From: Gammaproteobacteria bacterium
Lineage (GTDB): Bacteria > Pseudomonadota > Gammaproteobacteria > Ga0077536
Assembly (NCBI GenBank): GCA_030833185.1
Contig: JAURHQ010000001.1
Span: 27,250 to 91,249 of the forward strand
DNA: 64,000 nt
Direction of reading: 5' to 3'
Both the position numbers and the translations under genes were made by a program. Positions 41,598-51,717 of this stretch are shown in pieces. The notes beneath the pieces are model-generated. The model saw only the letters and a list, made by a program, of their open reading frames with translations, was not told the DNA's origin and did no database searches. The first letter of the stretch is position 1, and each line of letters begins with the position of its first letter.

Positions 41598-42284
41598 ATG
41601 AGCGAGACCGCTGCCGCCGTTGACGCGGCCCTCACTTCACGCCGTTCCGTCCGCGCGTTCCTGCCCACCTCGGTGCCGCGCAACACGGTCGAACATTTGC
41701 TGACGGTGTCTGCCCGCAGCGCCTCCGGCACCAATATCCAGCCCTGGCAGGCGCATGTGCTGACCGGCGCGGCCAAAGCGCGGCTGTCGGAAAAAATTAT
41801 CGCCGCGTTCGACGACCCGGCGGTGGCAGCCACGCATCAGTCGGAGTTTCCGATTTATCCCAGCGAATGGGTGTCGCCCTACATCGACCGCCGACGCAAG
41901 GTGGGCTGGGATCTTTATGGCCTGCTGGGGATCGGCAAGGGTGACTTCGAGCGCACCCACCGGCAGCACGCGCGCAACTACGCGTTCTTTGACGCACCGG
42001 TGGGCTTCATTTTCACCATCCACCGCTCGCTGGGCTACGCGGCGTGGATCGACTACGGCATGTTTCTGGGCAATCTGATGACCGCCGCCCGCGGCCACGG
42101 CCTGCACACCTGCCCGCAGTTCGCGTTTACCCAGTTCCACACGATCATTCGCGAGACGCTGGGACTGGGCGAGGAACACAAAGTCATTTGCGGGATGGCG
42201 CTGGGCTATGAAGACACCAGCGCGGTCGAGAACAGCCTGCGCACCGAGCGCGCGCCGCTGTCGGACTGGGCGACGTTCTACTAG
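41598..42284 (+). CDS. Nitroreductase family protein (FMN-dependent).
   Basis: Nitroreductase fold N-terminus ([24 protein letters not shown]). Confidence 0.8.
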   Translation: MSETAAAVDAALTSRRSVRAFLPTSVPRNTVEHLLTVSARSASGTNIQPWQAHVLTGAAKARLSEKIIAAFDDPAVAATHQSEFPIYPSEWVSPYIDRRRKVGWDLYGLLGIGKGDFERTHRQHARNYAFFDAPVGFIFTIHRSLGYAAWIDYGMFLGNLMTAARGHGLHTCPQFAFTQFHTIIRETLGLGEEHKVICGMALGYEDTSAVENSLRTERAPLSDWATFY

Positions 42285-43186
42285 GCGCTGGCCGTGAGGC
42301 GCTCGAGCGCCTCGCGGTATTTGGCAGCGGTCTTCGCGATGATCTCGGGCGGCAGGCGCGGGCCGGGCGCGCGCTTGTCCCAGTCCAGCGTTTCCAGATA
42401 GTCGCGCACAAACTGCTTGTCGAAGGACGGCGGGCTGCTGCCCACGCGGTAGCCCTCCAGCGGCCAGAAGCGGGAAGAATCCGGCGTCAGGGCCTCGTCG
42501 ATCAGCACAACTTCCCCGTTGCGGTCGACGCCGAACTCAAACTTGGTGTCCGCGATGATGATGCCGCGCGCGCGGGCGTAGGCCGCCGCGCCGCCGTACA
42601 GGCGGAGCGCCAGTTCGCGCACCTTGTGCGCATAGTCGCGGCCGAGGATGGTTTCGGCCTGCGCAAAATCGATGTTCTCGTCGTGGCTGCCCAACTCGGC
42701 CTTGGTCGAAGGCGTGAAAATCGGCGCCGGCAGCTGCTCCGCCTGGCGCAGGCCCGGCGGCAGCGCGATGCCACAGATTTCGCCGCCGGCCTGATAGTCC
42801 TTCCAGCCAGATCCAATGAGGTAGCCGCGGACCACCGCTTCGACCAGCAGCGGCCGCAGGCGCTTGACCACCATGGCGCGGCCTTCCACCTCTGCCCGCT
42901 CGACCGGATCCGGCAGCACCTCTTCGAGGCTGAGGCGGGAAAGGTGATGCGGCACCGTGTCTTCGAAATGCCGGAACCAGAACAGCGACATCGCGGTCAG
43001 GATTTCGCCTTTGCCCGGGATCGGGTCGGGCAGGACCACGTCGAAAGCGGACAGCCGGTCGGTGGTCACGATCAGCAGGTTGTCTTCGCCCACGGCGTAG
43101 ATGTCACGCACCTTGCCCCGGCCAAGCAGCGGCAGACTTTTGATGGTCGATTCAAACAAGGGCGGACGAACAGGGCTTTCCAGCAT
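42281..43186 (-). CDS. purC: Phosphoribosylaminoimidazole-succinocarboxamide synthase (long form).
   Basis: The 301-aa product carries SAICAR synthetase motifs ([21 protein letters not shown]). Confidence 0.9.
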   Translation of the reverse strand: MLESPVRPPLFESTIKSLPLLGRGKVRDIYAVGEDNLLIVTTDRLSAFDVVLPDPIPGKGEILTAMSLFWFRHFEDTVPHHLSRLSLEEVLPDPVERAEVEGRAMVVKRLRPLLVEAVVRGYLIGSGWKDYQAGGEICGIALPPGLRQAEQLPAPIFTPSTKAELGSHDENIDFAQAETILGRDYAHKVRELALRLYGGAAAYARARGIIIADTKFEFGVDRNGEVVLIDEALTPDSSRFWPLEGYRVGSSPPSFDKQFVRDYLETLDWDKRAPGPRLPPEIIAKTAAKYREALERLTASA

Positions 43187-43221
43187 CGGGGCTACTCGGC
43201 TTCGTGAAACGGGGCGCGGAT

Positions 43222-44421
43222 TCAGGGGCGGGCGAGGCGCGGCAGATCGCCAACGTCACCCATCGCATAGGCCATCAGGCAGCGCTTCAGCGGGTCTATG
43301 CGATCGGTCAGGCGTAGCCCCGCGCGGCGCAAACGGCCGGCCCAGGGCGAATGGTACAGAAAGAGGCGATTGAGGCGATCGGTCGCGCTCAACATCGCCA
43401 GCACTTCGCCGCGGCGCTGTCGCTCGTAACGTCGGAACAGGGCCTGGGGTTCGACGAGCCCCGCGTGGCCCGCGGCGGCGGCCTGTTCGGCCAGCACGGC
43501 GGCGTCCAGCAGCCCCAGATTCAGGCCTTGGCCGGCCAGCGGATGCACGCCGTGGGCCGCATCGCCGACCAGCACCACGCGGCCTTCGCTGTAGCGACGG
43601 GCGTGACGCCGAATCAGCGGCAGGGCAAGCCGCGGGCTGGTCTTAAGGATGGCCCCGAGCCGATGCTCGAAGGCACGCCCCAGACTCGCACAGAAACTGG
43701 CGTCATCCGCGTTGACCGCGTCGGCCGCTTCCGCCGGCGTGGTGGACCATACGATGGCGCAGGTGTTCGCCGGCGGCAGGGGCAGGAAAGCCAGCGGGCC
43801 GGTGGGCAGAAAACATTGGCGGGCGGTCGCCTGATGCGGAAGAGCGGTCTGCACGTTCGCCACCACCGCGCTTTGCGGATAGGCGAGGATTTCGCAGTCG
43901 ATGCCGGCCAGCACGCGCAGCGGCGAGTCGCCGCCGTCGCAGGCCGCGATTGCGCGGGCGCGCCAGCGGCGCGCGTCGGTGGCCAGCAGTTCGAGCGCGT
44001 CGTCGGCCGGTTGCAGCGCGGCGGGCGTGCCGGCCACGCGTTCGATCGACGGCCGCGCCCCCAGGGCGGCGTGCAGCGCGCCCAGCAAGCGCGACTGTTC
44101 AAGCATGTAACCCAGCGCCGGCCGCGCATTGGCCGCGGCATCGAAGGTGATGCCCGCCTCCTCGCCCTGTTCCCACACCGCCATGCGGTCATACGGCGCG
44201 ACGCGCGCGGGATCGAGCCGCGACCAGACGCCAATGGCGCGCAGAATCCGCCGCGACGCGGGGGTTAGCGAATAGGTCTTCAGGTCCCAGTCCTCGCCGG
44301 ACGGTAGCGGGCGCGGCTGGGTGTCGAGCAGGGTGACGCTGAAGCCGGCGTCAGCCAGCAGGCAGGCGGTCGTCGCACCTACCACACCGTTGCCGACGAT
44401 GAGCCAGTCAGTCGTGCGCAT
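43222..44421 (-). CDS. ubiI: FAD-dependent ubiquinone biosynthesis hydroxylase (UbiH/UbiF/UbiI family), UbiI position.
   Basis: N-terminal FAD fold ([15 protein letters not shown]). It is the second monooxygenase downstream of pepP-ubiH, as for E. coli visC. Confidence 0.75.
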   Translation of the reverse strand: MRTTDWLIVGNGVVGATTACLLADAGFSVTLLDTQPRPLPSGEDWDLKTYSLTPASRRILRAIGVWSRLDPARVAPYDRMAVWEQGEEAGITFDAAANARPALGYMLEQSRLLGALHAALGARPSIERVAGTPAALQPADDALELLATDARRWRARAIAACDGGDSPLRVLAGIDCEILAYPQSAVVANVQTALPHQATARQCFLPTGPLAFLPLPPANTCAIVWSTTPAEAADAVNADDASFCASLGRAFEHRLGAILKTSPRLALPLIRRHARRYSEGRVVLVGDAAHGVHPLAGQGLNLGLLDAAVLAEQAAAAGHAGLVEPQALFRRYERQRRGEVLAMLSATDRLNRLFLYHSPWAGRLRRAGLRLTDRIDPLKRCLMAYAMGDVGDLPRLARP

Positions 44422-45631
44422 AGGCCGCGCGCAGCCAGTCCGGGGGCGGCGCGCCCAGTCCCATCAGGCGACGCATCACGGCCCGCCGCAAGCCCGGCAG
44501 CGCATCGCAGGCCACCAGCGCCGCGCCGCGCGCGACGCCCAGCAAGGGCCAGTCCAGCGCGAAGAGCCGCGCCAGGCCATCGGAAAATTGCACGGTGCGC
44601 GCGTGGTCGGCGCGCCGTCGCTCGGCGTAGGCGGCGAGCCGCGTCGCCTCACCCGGATCCTCTCCCGCAAGGCTGCAGTCTTTGAGGCTTTCGAGCAAAA
44701 CCGCCACGTCGCGCAGCGCGAGATTCAGCCCCTGCGCGGCGTTGGGGTGGATGGTGTTTGCGGCGTTGCCGACCAGCACCGCGCGCGGCGCGGTCAGCGC
44801 GTTTGCGCGATTCAATACCAGCGGGTGCGCACGGCGTTCGCCCAAACCTGAGAATCGCCCCAGCCGCCAGCCAAAATCCTGCTGCACATCGGCGAGAAAA
44901 TCGTCTGCCGACGCGGCCAGCCAGCGGTCTGCCTGTTCGCGCGGCACCGTGCGCACCAGCACCTGCCGCGTGCCGCCCAGCGGCAGCAAGGCACAGGGGC
45001 CGTGCGCGGTCAGGCGCTCGCAGGCGGTATCGGGCTGTGCCCGCGCGATGTCGACATTCGCCACGATGGCGGTCTGCTGGTAATCGTGATGCGTCGCCTC
45101 GATGCCGTAATGGCGCCGCACTGCCGACTGGCTGCCATCGGCCGCGATCACCAGCCGGCATCTGAGCGCGGCATCCGGCTCGCTGCCGGCCAGTCGCAGT
45201 TGCACCGCGGACCCGTCGACCGTTAATTGCGCCAGCGCCGCGCCGAAAAACGGCGTCAGCCCGGGCGTGTTGAGCAGCGCGGTATCGAGCGTGGATTGCA
45301 GATGATCCGCCGGGCAGATGTGACCCAGCGCGGGCAGGCCAACGTCTTCCGCGCACAGCGTGCTACCGCCGAAATGCCCACGGGCGCTGACTTCAATGCG
45401 GCGGATAGGCGTCAGGCGTGGCGCCAGCTTTGGCCACAGGTCCAGCGCGCTCAACAGGCGCTGCGAGGACACCGCCAGCGCCAGTCCGCGTACGTCGCCG
45501 CCCTGCACCAGCGCGACCGGCTTGCGCGCATCGACCGCCGCCACCTTCAGGCCAAAGCGGGCCAGCCCAATGGCAAGCGCGGCGCCGGCCAGCCCGGCGC
45601 CCACCACCACACAGTCAAATTCACGCGGCAC
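44408..45631 (-). CDS. ubiH: 2-octaprenyl-6-methoxyphenol hydroxylase UbiH.
   Basis: FAD fold (CVVVGAGLAGAALA). It immediately follows pepP. Confidence 0.8.
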   Translation of the reverse strand: MPREFDCVVVGAGLAGAALAIGLARFGLKVAAVDARKPVALVQGGDVRGLALAVSSQRLLSALDLWPKLAPRLTPIRRIEVSARGHFGGSTLCAEDVGLPALGHICPADHLQSTLDTALLNTPGLTPFFGAALAQLTVDGSAVQLRLAGSEPDAALRCRLVIAADGSQSAVRRHYGIEATHHDYQQTAIVANVDIARAQPDTACERLTAHGPCALLPLGGTRQVLVRTVPREQADRWLAASADDFLADVQQDFGWRLGRFSGLGERRAHPLVLNRANALTAPRAVLVGNAANTIHPNAAQGLNLALRDVAVLLESLKDCSLAGEDPGEATRLAAYAERRRADHARTVQFSDGLARLFALDWPLLGVARGAALVACDALPGLRRAVMRRLMGLGAPPPDWLRAAYAHD

Positions 45632-46940
45632 GGGCGTGCTGCATGACCGCTTCGATTTCCGCCACCGACTTCGGTGCGCCTTCGCTCAGCACGTCGTGAC
45701 CATTGGCGGTGACGAGCACATCGTCTTCAATCCGCACGCCGATGTTCCAGAAACGCTTGGGCAAACCCTTGATGCTGGGCGCGAGATAAAGACCCGGTTC
45801 GACGGTCGTCACCATGCCGGGTTCGAGCAGGCGCCATTCGTCGCCGATTTTGTAATCGCCCACATCGTGCACATCCATGCCCAGCCAGTGCCCGGTGCGG
45901 TGCATGTAATACGGGCGATAGGCTTCTTCCTTGACCAGCGTCTTCCAGCGGCCTTTGAGCAGGCCCAAATCGACCAGCCCGCGGGTGATCACCTCCACCG
46001 CCGCCATGTGCGGATCGTTCCAATGGTTGCCCGGACGCACCTTGGCGATCGCGGCAAGCTGCGCGTCGAGCACGATTTCATACACCGCGCGCTGTTCGGG
46101 CGTGAAGCGGCCGTTGACCGGAAAGGTGCGGGTGATGTCGCTGGCGTAGTGGTCGAGTTCGCAGCCGGCGTCGATCAGCAGCATATCGCCGTCGCGCAGG
46201 GCTTCGTTGTTTTCGTGGTAATGCAGGATGCAGGTGTTGGGGCCGCCGCCCACGATGCTCGGATAGGCCGGGGAGCGGCTGCCCTGCTGCGTGAAGGTGT
46301 GCAGCAGCTCGGCTTCAATCTGGTACTCGTACATGCCGGGCCGGCAGACTTCCATCGCCCGCTGGTGTGCGACGGCGGAAATTTGCGCCGCCTGCCGCAT
46401 GGTGCGCACCTCGTCCTTGCTCTTGTACAGGCGCATCTCGTGCAGGTGATGCGCCAGCGAGTGGAACTGGTCCGGCGCATGCACGCCCGCGCGACCTTTG
46501 CTGGTCACGCGGTTCAGCCAACCGACCAGCCGCTGGTCGAAGTCGCGGTAGCGGCCCATGGTGTAGAAGATGCGGGTCTTGTTTTCGAGCAGACCCGGCA
46601 GGATGTCGTCGAGATCCGAGATGGGGAAGGCGTCGTCCGCGCCATACAGCTCGCAGGCCCCTTCCAGACCGGCGCGTCGTCCGTGCCAGGTTTCGGCTTC
46701 CGGGTCGCGCTCGCGACAAAACAGCAGGAACTCGCCCTGCGGGCGGTCCGGCACCAGCACCATCACGGCTTCGGGTTCGGGAAAGCCGGTGAGATAGTGA
46801 AAGTCGCTGTCGGCGCGGAAGGGGTAGTACACATCCCGGTTACGCACCTGCTCGGGCGCCGTCGGCTGGATCGCAATCCCGCCCCGGTCGACCATATCCA
46901 TCAGCCGTTTGCGACGGCGGGCAAATTCACGTTTGTTCAT
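45621..46940 (-). CDS. pepP: Xaa-Pro aminopeptidase.
   Basis: M24B motifs (HRTGHWLGMDVHD). ygfB-pepP-ubiH-ubiI synteny. Confidence 0.9.
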   Translation of the reverse strand: MNKREFARRRKRLMDMVDRGGIAIQPTAPEQVRNRDVYYPFRADSDFHYLTGFPEPEAVMVLVPDRPQGEFLLFCRERDPEAETWHGRRAGLEGACELYGADDAFPISDLDDILPGLLENKTRIFYTMGRYRDFDQRLVGWLNRVTSKGRAGVHAPDQFHSLAHHLHEMRLYKSKDEVRTMRQAAQISAVAHQRAMEVCRPGMYEYQIEAELLHTFTQQGSRSPAYPSIVGGGPNTCILHYHENNEALRDGDMLLIDAGCELDHYASDITRTFPVNGRFTPEQRAVYEIVLDAQLAAIAKVRPGNHWNDPHMAAVEVITRGLVDLGLLKGRWKTLVKEEAYRPYYMHRTGHWLGMDVHDVGDYKIGDEWRLLEPGMVTTVEPGLYLAPSIKGLPKRFWNIGVRIEDDVLVTANGHDVLSEGAPKSVAEIEAVMQHARAA

Positions 46941-46947
46941 GGCTTGC

Positions 46948-47511
46948 TCAATGGAGGCTGGAAGATTCGCCTTCCAGCGGGTTGCGATTTTCCGCCTGCA
47001 GCATCAAGGCGCCGAGGCGGACGTATTCCAATACGTCGAGAAAATCCCGTTCGCCTACATCATCGGCACGCTCATCGGGGTCGATGCGGCTGATGTTGAT
47101 CAGGTCGCGCAGTAATTCCTGCCCATCCTCCGTCAGCGCCCGGTCCCCGACCTGCATGCCGAAGCCGCTTAAAAAGCCGCGACACCAGGCGCCCAGCGCG
47201 GTCGTGCGTTCAACCAGCGGTGTGTCATCGTCCGGCAACACCAAACGCAGGCTGAAGCCCTCATCGGACAGTTCGCGCAGCGTGCCAGCCAGCATCTGCA
47301 CCAGCGGACTGTCTTTCGGCAATTCGCTGAAGCGCGGCGCCTCGGCCTCATCGGTCAGTTGCGCCAGCCAGACATCAACCTCGAAGCGAGCGGGATCGCA
47401 CAACAGGCCACACAGCAGACCGTGGGCCTCGGCGGCTTCCAGATCGCTGGTCAGCGCGGCCAGCGCCTCGCTGACGGCGGGATAAAGCGGGCGCGACGCG
47501 CGGCTCGTCAT
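46948..47511 (-). CDS. ygfB: UPF0149 family protein YgfB.
   Basis: AEAHGLLCGLLCD resembles E. coli YgfB AEMHGLISGMICG. Position upstream of pepP. Confidence 0.75.
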   Translation of the reverse strand: MTSRASRPLYPAVSEALAALTSDLEAAEAHGLLCGLLCDPARFEVDVWLAQLTDEAEAPRFSELPKDSPLVQMLAGTLRELSDEGFSLRLVLPDDDTPLVERTTALGAWCRGFLSGFGMQVGDRALTEDGQELLRDLINISRIDPDERADDVGERDFLDVLEYVRLGALMLQAENRNPLEGESSSLH

Positions 47512-47595
47512 AGGGAGTTTCCTTGCAGATCAGGCCGGATTATCACACGGGCGCTGCGGGCGCAGGAACCGCCGAAAAGCTGCGGGCAAGTCCCG

Positions 47596-47624
47596 TTGAC
47601 CCTGTCATAGGGCGGCTCTATATT
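47596..47624 (+). promoter_or_regulatory. Putative sigma70 promoter for the coiled-coil gene, zapA and ssrS.
   Basis: TTGACC (47596-47601), 17-nt spacer, TATATT (47619-47624), about 35 nt upstream of ATG 47660. Confidence 0.45.
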
Positions 47625-47659
47625 GCCCCGCAGTCTCAGCATGGCGGCGCGCAGTTTTC

Positions 47660-47881
47660 ATGGCGAACAATCCCACCGACACGTTAGACATCGCCGCTCT
47701 GGAAGCGCGGGTGGATGCCCTCATCCGCACGATCGACACGCTACAGCACGAGAACGACGCCCTGCGCTCACAGCAGGCTACGCTGACCGCCGACCGCGCA
47801 TCGCTGATCGAGAAAACCGAGCAGGCGCGCAGCCGGGTCGAGGCCATGATCGCGCGCCTCAAGGCCATGGAAACCCGCTGA
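47660..47881 (+). CDS. Small coiled-coil protein (TIGR02449-like) upstream of zapA.
   Basis: A 73-aa all-helical heptad protein (LDIAALEARVDALIRTIDTLQHENDALRSQ...) in the position such a gene occupies upstream of zapA in Pseudomonas-like genomes. Confidence 0.6.
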   Translation: MANNPTDTLDIAALEARVDALIRTIDTLQHENDALRSQQATLTADRASLIEKTEQARSRVEAMIARLKAMETR

Positions 47882-47948
47882 TTATCCGGCGCAGAGGCAA
47901 ACCCGCGCAGTACCCGGCAACCGCTACTGCCCCGGAGGCAACAAACGC

Positions 47949-48275
47949 ATGAACTCGGCCGTCAAACCGATCACGCTGACCATCCTGGACAAGGACTATG
48001 TGGTTGGCTGTACCGAAGAAGAACGCGTCGCCCTCTTTGCCAGCGTTGATTTTCTGAATCACAAACTGAAAGAGCAGCGCGAAAGCGGCAAGGTAATCGG
48101 CAACGAGCGCGTCGCCGTGATGGCAGCGCTCAATATCGCGCACGAGCTGCTGGCGAATCGGCAGCAACTGGAAGCCACCGCCGCCGGTGTGGGCGATGGA
48201 CTTGAACGAATTCAGCAAAAAATTGATGCCGCGTTGGCGCGCACCGGCAGTTTGTCGAGCTCGGGCACAAACTGA
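47949..48275 (+). CDS. zapA: Cell division protein ZapA.
   Basis: ITLTILDKDYVVGCTEEERVALFASVDFLNHKL and AALNIAHEL match ZapA. Position ahead of 6S RNA. Confidence 0.8.
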   Translation: MNSAVKPITLTILDKDYVVGCTEEERVALFASVDFLNHKLKEQRESGKVIGNERVAVMAALNIAHELLANRQQLEATAAGVGDGLERIQQKIDAALARTGSLSSSGTN

Positions 48276-48299
48276 GTCAATCGCGTTATGATGGCCTCG

Positions 48300-48490
48300 G
48301 TGTCCTCTGCGGTGTTCGCCAGGGGTTTGAAATCCTTGAGCCAATATTCGCATCCAAAGGAACCGATCTGGATTGTGACCGTGTGCAGGTCCGCCCCGTC
48401 GCGGAAAGCCTTCGTCGCGCCGAGAGGTTCCAATCTTGAGCCCTAGGTTCAAGATTACAAACTCCAGCGGCACTTTGGAGGACACCCCTC
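48300..48490 (+). ncRNA. ssrS: 6S RNA (SsrS).
   Basis: Direct similarity to E. coli 6S RNA at both ends: UGUUCGCCAGGGG...CCUUGAGCCAAUAUUCGCAUCC versus UGUUCGCAAGCGGG...CCCUGAGCCGAUAUUUCAUACC, and CUUGAGCCCUAGGUUCAAGAUUACA...GCGGCACUUUGGAG versus CUUGAACCAAGGGUUCAAGGGUUACA...GCGGCAUCUCGGAG. It is downstream of zapA as in E. coli. The ends are approximate (about 5 nt either way). Confidence 0.75.
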
Positions 48491-48517
48491 TTCTTCTTGC
48501 CTCGGATTCGGATCGCA

Positions 48518-48982
48518 ATGCCGCAGCAGTTCTGGCTGATGAAATCAGAGCCCGACGTATTCGGGATTGAAACCCTGGCCGCGCAGCCCGCCCAGACCAC
48601 CGCCTGGGACGGCGTGCGCAACTATCAGGCGCGCAACATGATACGCGACCAGATGAAGCGGGGCGACCTCGCGTTTTTCTACCACTCGAACTGCGCCGAG
48701 CCGGGCATCGTCGGCATCGTCGAAATCGTGCGCGAAGCCTACCCGGACGCCACCGCCGGCAATCCGACCAGCGAATACTTCGACCCCAAGCACAGCGTCG
48801 ACAACCCGCGCTGGTTCGTCGTGGAAGTCCAACTTCAGCGCCGCCTGAAGCAGACCATCACGCTGGCAGCCATGAAAGACGACCCGGCGCTAGCTGAAAT
48901 GCCGCTCGTCCGGCGTGGGAACCGATTGTCGGTTATGCCGGTCACAGCGGCCGAGTGGCAGCACATCCTGTCGCTGGAATAA
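48518..48982 (+). CDS. EVE domain (PUA-like) protein.
   Basis: FWLMKSEPDVF...WDGVRNYQARNMIRDQMKRGDLAFFYHS is a typical EVE / DUF55 N-terminus. ATG chosen within ORF 48497..48982. Confidence 0.7.
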   Translation: MPQQFWLMKSEPDVFGIETLAAQPAQTTAWDGVRNYQARNMIRDQMKRGDLAFFYHSNCAEPGIVGIVEIVREAYPDATAGNPTSEYFDPKHSVDNPRWFVVEVQLQRRLKQTITLAAMKDDPALAEMPLVRRGNRLSVMPVTAAEWQHILSLE

Positions 48983-49043
48983 GCGGTACATCGCGCTCGC
49001 GCAAGGCCGCTGCTTGACTGAGACCACCCGCAGGACAACCCGC

Positions 49044-51524
49044 ATGGACCGCAGATTTTCACTCGGCCGCACGCTGCTGGTGCTCGCCAGCAGTGTGCCG
49101 TACCTGACGCCCGCACAGGCCGGGGAGGGCGCCGGCTTCGACGCCGAAATCCTCATCGTCGCCCCCACCCCGCTCGGCCAGCACGGCGGTATCAAGCCCG
49201 AACGTCTCCCTTTCAGCACACAGTCGGCAGACGCCGACGCGCTGACCCGCGCGCAGAGCCTCGACCTGACCGAGCACATGAACCAGAACCTCGGCAGCGT
49301 CTCGGTCAATTCGGCGCAGAACAATCCGCTACAGGCCGACGTGCAATTCCGCGGCTATTCGGCCTCGCCCCTGCTGGGCCTGCCGATGGGTGTGTCGGTG
49401 TACCAGAACGGCGTGCGCATCAACGAGCCGCTGGGCGATGCCGTGAACTGGGACCTGATCCCTGAATCGGCCGTCCACAGCATGACGCTGGTGGGCGGGG
49501 CTAACCCGCTGTTCGGCCTCAACACGCTGGGCGGCGCGCTGTCGATCACGATGAAAAACGGCTTCAACTTTCAGGGCCATCAGGCAGAGGCGTCTGGCGG
49601 ATCCTGGGGGCGTGCGGTCACCAGCGTGGAGAGCGGCAACCACAACGGCACCTTCGGCTACTACGTCAACGCCAGCTATTTTCGCGAAGACGGCTGGCGC
49701 GATGACTCGGCGTCCGACGCGGTAAACGTCTACGGCAGCGGCAGCTGGCGCGGCGACGCGAGTGCGCTGGATATCGACTACCAGTTCGGCAATTCGGATT
49801 TGCGCGGCAATGGGCCGGCACCGCAGGGTCTGCTGGCGCTCGATCGCGCGCAGGTCTTCACCGCCCCGGATATCACCGAGAACCACATGCACATGGTGTC
49901 GCTGGAGTTCTCGCATCAGTTGGTGGAACAGCTGGAATTCGTCGCTAACGGGTTCTACCGCCAGAACACCACCGACAGCTTCAACGGCGACACCTCCGAC
50001 CTGTCGGTCTGCGCACTCGGTGGCGGCAGTTTTCTGCTGGATGAAATCGACGAGGCCGGCCTTGAGTCCCTGGGGCTTGATGAGGAGGTGTGCGCCAACA
50101 ACTCGCTGGGCGTGAACGACCCGCAGGCACTGGAAGCGGCGCTGAACGCGCTTGCCGGCGACCCGCAGGCGTTCAATCTCGACGACCTGACGGGCGACGT
50201 GAGCGGCAGCGGCCTGCTGTCTGACGAAGCGCTCAACAACATCAGCACCCGCCAACAGGAAACCTACGGCACCGACCTGCAGCTGGTGTTCACCCGCAGC
50301 CTGTGGGCGCGGGAAAATTATCTGGTTACGGGTTTTAACTATTTCCGCGGTAACGGCGACTTCGTCGGCAAGGTGGAACTTGCCAGACTCAATCCCCTCA
50401 CTCGCAGCACAGAAGGCCTGGGGCTGGGCAGCTTTCTGGCCGAGGGCGCGGCCGATATCCGCACCGGCAATGAAACCTGGAGCTTCTATTTTCTCGACAA
50501 TTTCGCGCTGACCGAGCGCTTTACGCTGACCTTTGGCGGGCGCTTCAACCACACCGACGTTCGCATTCGCGACCAGTCGGGTCAGCGCCGCGAGCTGAAC
50601 GGCGACCACAGCTTCAGCCGCTTCAATCCCACCGTTGGCGGCACCTACGAGCTCAACAAAGCGGCCAACTTTTATATCAGCTACAGCGAGTCCGCCCGTG
50701 CGCCGACGCCTATCGAGCTCTCCTGCAACGAAGGCGTGTTCGAAGTTGCCAGACGCATCGCCATTGAAGACGGCGAAGACCCCAACGACATCCCGTTTGA
50801 GTGCCGCCTGCCGAATGCTTTTCTGGCCGACCCGCCGTTAGATCAGGTCGTGGCAAAAGGCGTGGAACTGGGCGTGCGCGGGGTCTGGCACGGTGTACAG
50901 CACCGGCTGGGCTATTTCCGCACCAGCAATTTCGACGACATCATCTTTCAGGCGACCGGGCGTTCGACCGGGCTCTTTGCCAACGTCGACGAGACGCGCC
51001 GCGAGGGGCTAGAGCTTGCCTTCTCCGGTCGTGCGTTCGGCCTTGACTGGTTTGCCGCCTACAGCCTTATCGAGGCCACGTTCGAGACGAGCTTCAAGGC
51101 GCTAAGCCCCAATCATCAGCAGGCCGACGCCAACGGCGAAATCCAGGTGCGAGCGGGCGATTACGTGCCCGGCGTGCCGCGCCATCAGTTGAAACTGGGC
51201 GCCGACTATCGGCTGCCGTTTGGGCTATCGGTGGGCGCGGATCTGCTATTCAACGCCGAGCAATTCCTGCGCGGCGATGAATCAAATCAACTGGCGCCGG
51301 TCGACGGCTACGCGCTGGTTAACCTGCGCGGCGCCTACCTGATGGGCGACCATCTGGAGTTCTTCGCGCGCGTAAACAATCTCTTTGACACCGACTACGC
51401 CAACTTCGGGCTCATCGGCGAAGACCCGACCGAAGTACTGCCCAACCTCGCCGACGCCTCACCGCGCTTCCTCGGCGTTGGCGCGCCGCGCGCCGGCTGG
51501 GTCGGCGTGCGAATGATGTTCTAG
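49044..51524 (+). CDS. TonB-dependent outer membrane receptor.
   Basis: ATG 49044 gives signal peptide MDRRFSLGRTLLVLASSVPYLTPAQA. It has a plug region, a long beta-barrel and a C-terminal aromatic residue (…GVRMMF). Confidence 0.85.
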   Translation: MDRRFSLGRTLLVLASSVPYLTPAQAGEGAGFDAEILIVAPTPLGQHGGIKPERLPFSTQSADADALTRAQSLDLTEHMNQNLGSVSVNSAQNNPLQADVQFRGYSASPLLGLPMGVSVYQNGVRINEPLGDAVNWDLIPESAVHSMTLVGGANPLFGLNTLGGALSITMKNGFNFQGHQAEASGGSWGRAVTSVESGNHNGTFGYYVNASYFREDGWRDDSASDAVNVYGSGSWRGDASALDIDYQFGNSDLRGNGPAPQGLLALDRAQVFTAPDITENHMHMVSLEFSHQLVEQLEFVANGFYRQNTTDSFNGDTSDLSVCALGGGSFLLDEIDEAGLESLGLDEEVCANNSLGVNDPQALEAALNALAGDPQAFNLDDLTGDVSGSGLLSDEALNNISTRQQETYGTDLQLVFTRSLWARENYLVTGFNYFRGNGDFVGKVELARLNPLTRSTEGLGLGSFLAEGAADIRTGNETWSFYFLDNFALTERFTLTFGGRFNHTDVRIRDQSGQRRELNGDHSFSRFNPTVGGTYELNKAANFYISYSESARAPTPIELSCNEGVFEVARRIAIEDGEDPNDIPFECRLPNAFLADPPLDQVVAKGVELGVRGVWHGVQHRLGYFRTSNFDDIIFQATGRSTGLFANVDETRREGLELAFSGRAFGLDWFAAYSLIEATFETSFKALSPNHQQADANGEIQVRAGDYVPGVPRHQLKLGADYRLPFGLSVGADLLFNAEQFLRGDESNQLAPVDGYALVNLRGAYLMGDHLEFFARVNNLFDTDYANFGLIGEDPTEVLPNLADASPRFLGVGAPRAGWVGVRMMF

Positions 51525-51717
51525 GTCGCAACAACTTGCGCCAAATCAAGCCGCCGCATATTCCATAATAAATTTCTGGTTTTATTCAACGCAAAGCCCG
51601 TTTCCTTCAATACCCGCCCCTGACAGACCGCAAAAATCGACCCACTGCCTGCTCGCCGGATCCGCTCCGCGGTCGTCGGAGGCTTGGGTGGTCTACAAAA
51701 ATCAGGAGGAAACGCAC

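Noticed and set aside
45360-47093. A 577-aa + strand ORF.
   Set aside because: It is antisense to pepP/ygfB (clear M24B peptidase on the - strand). The composition is Arg/Ala/Gly-rich junk.
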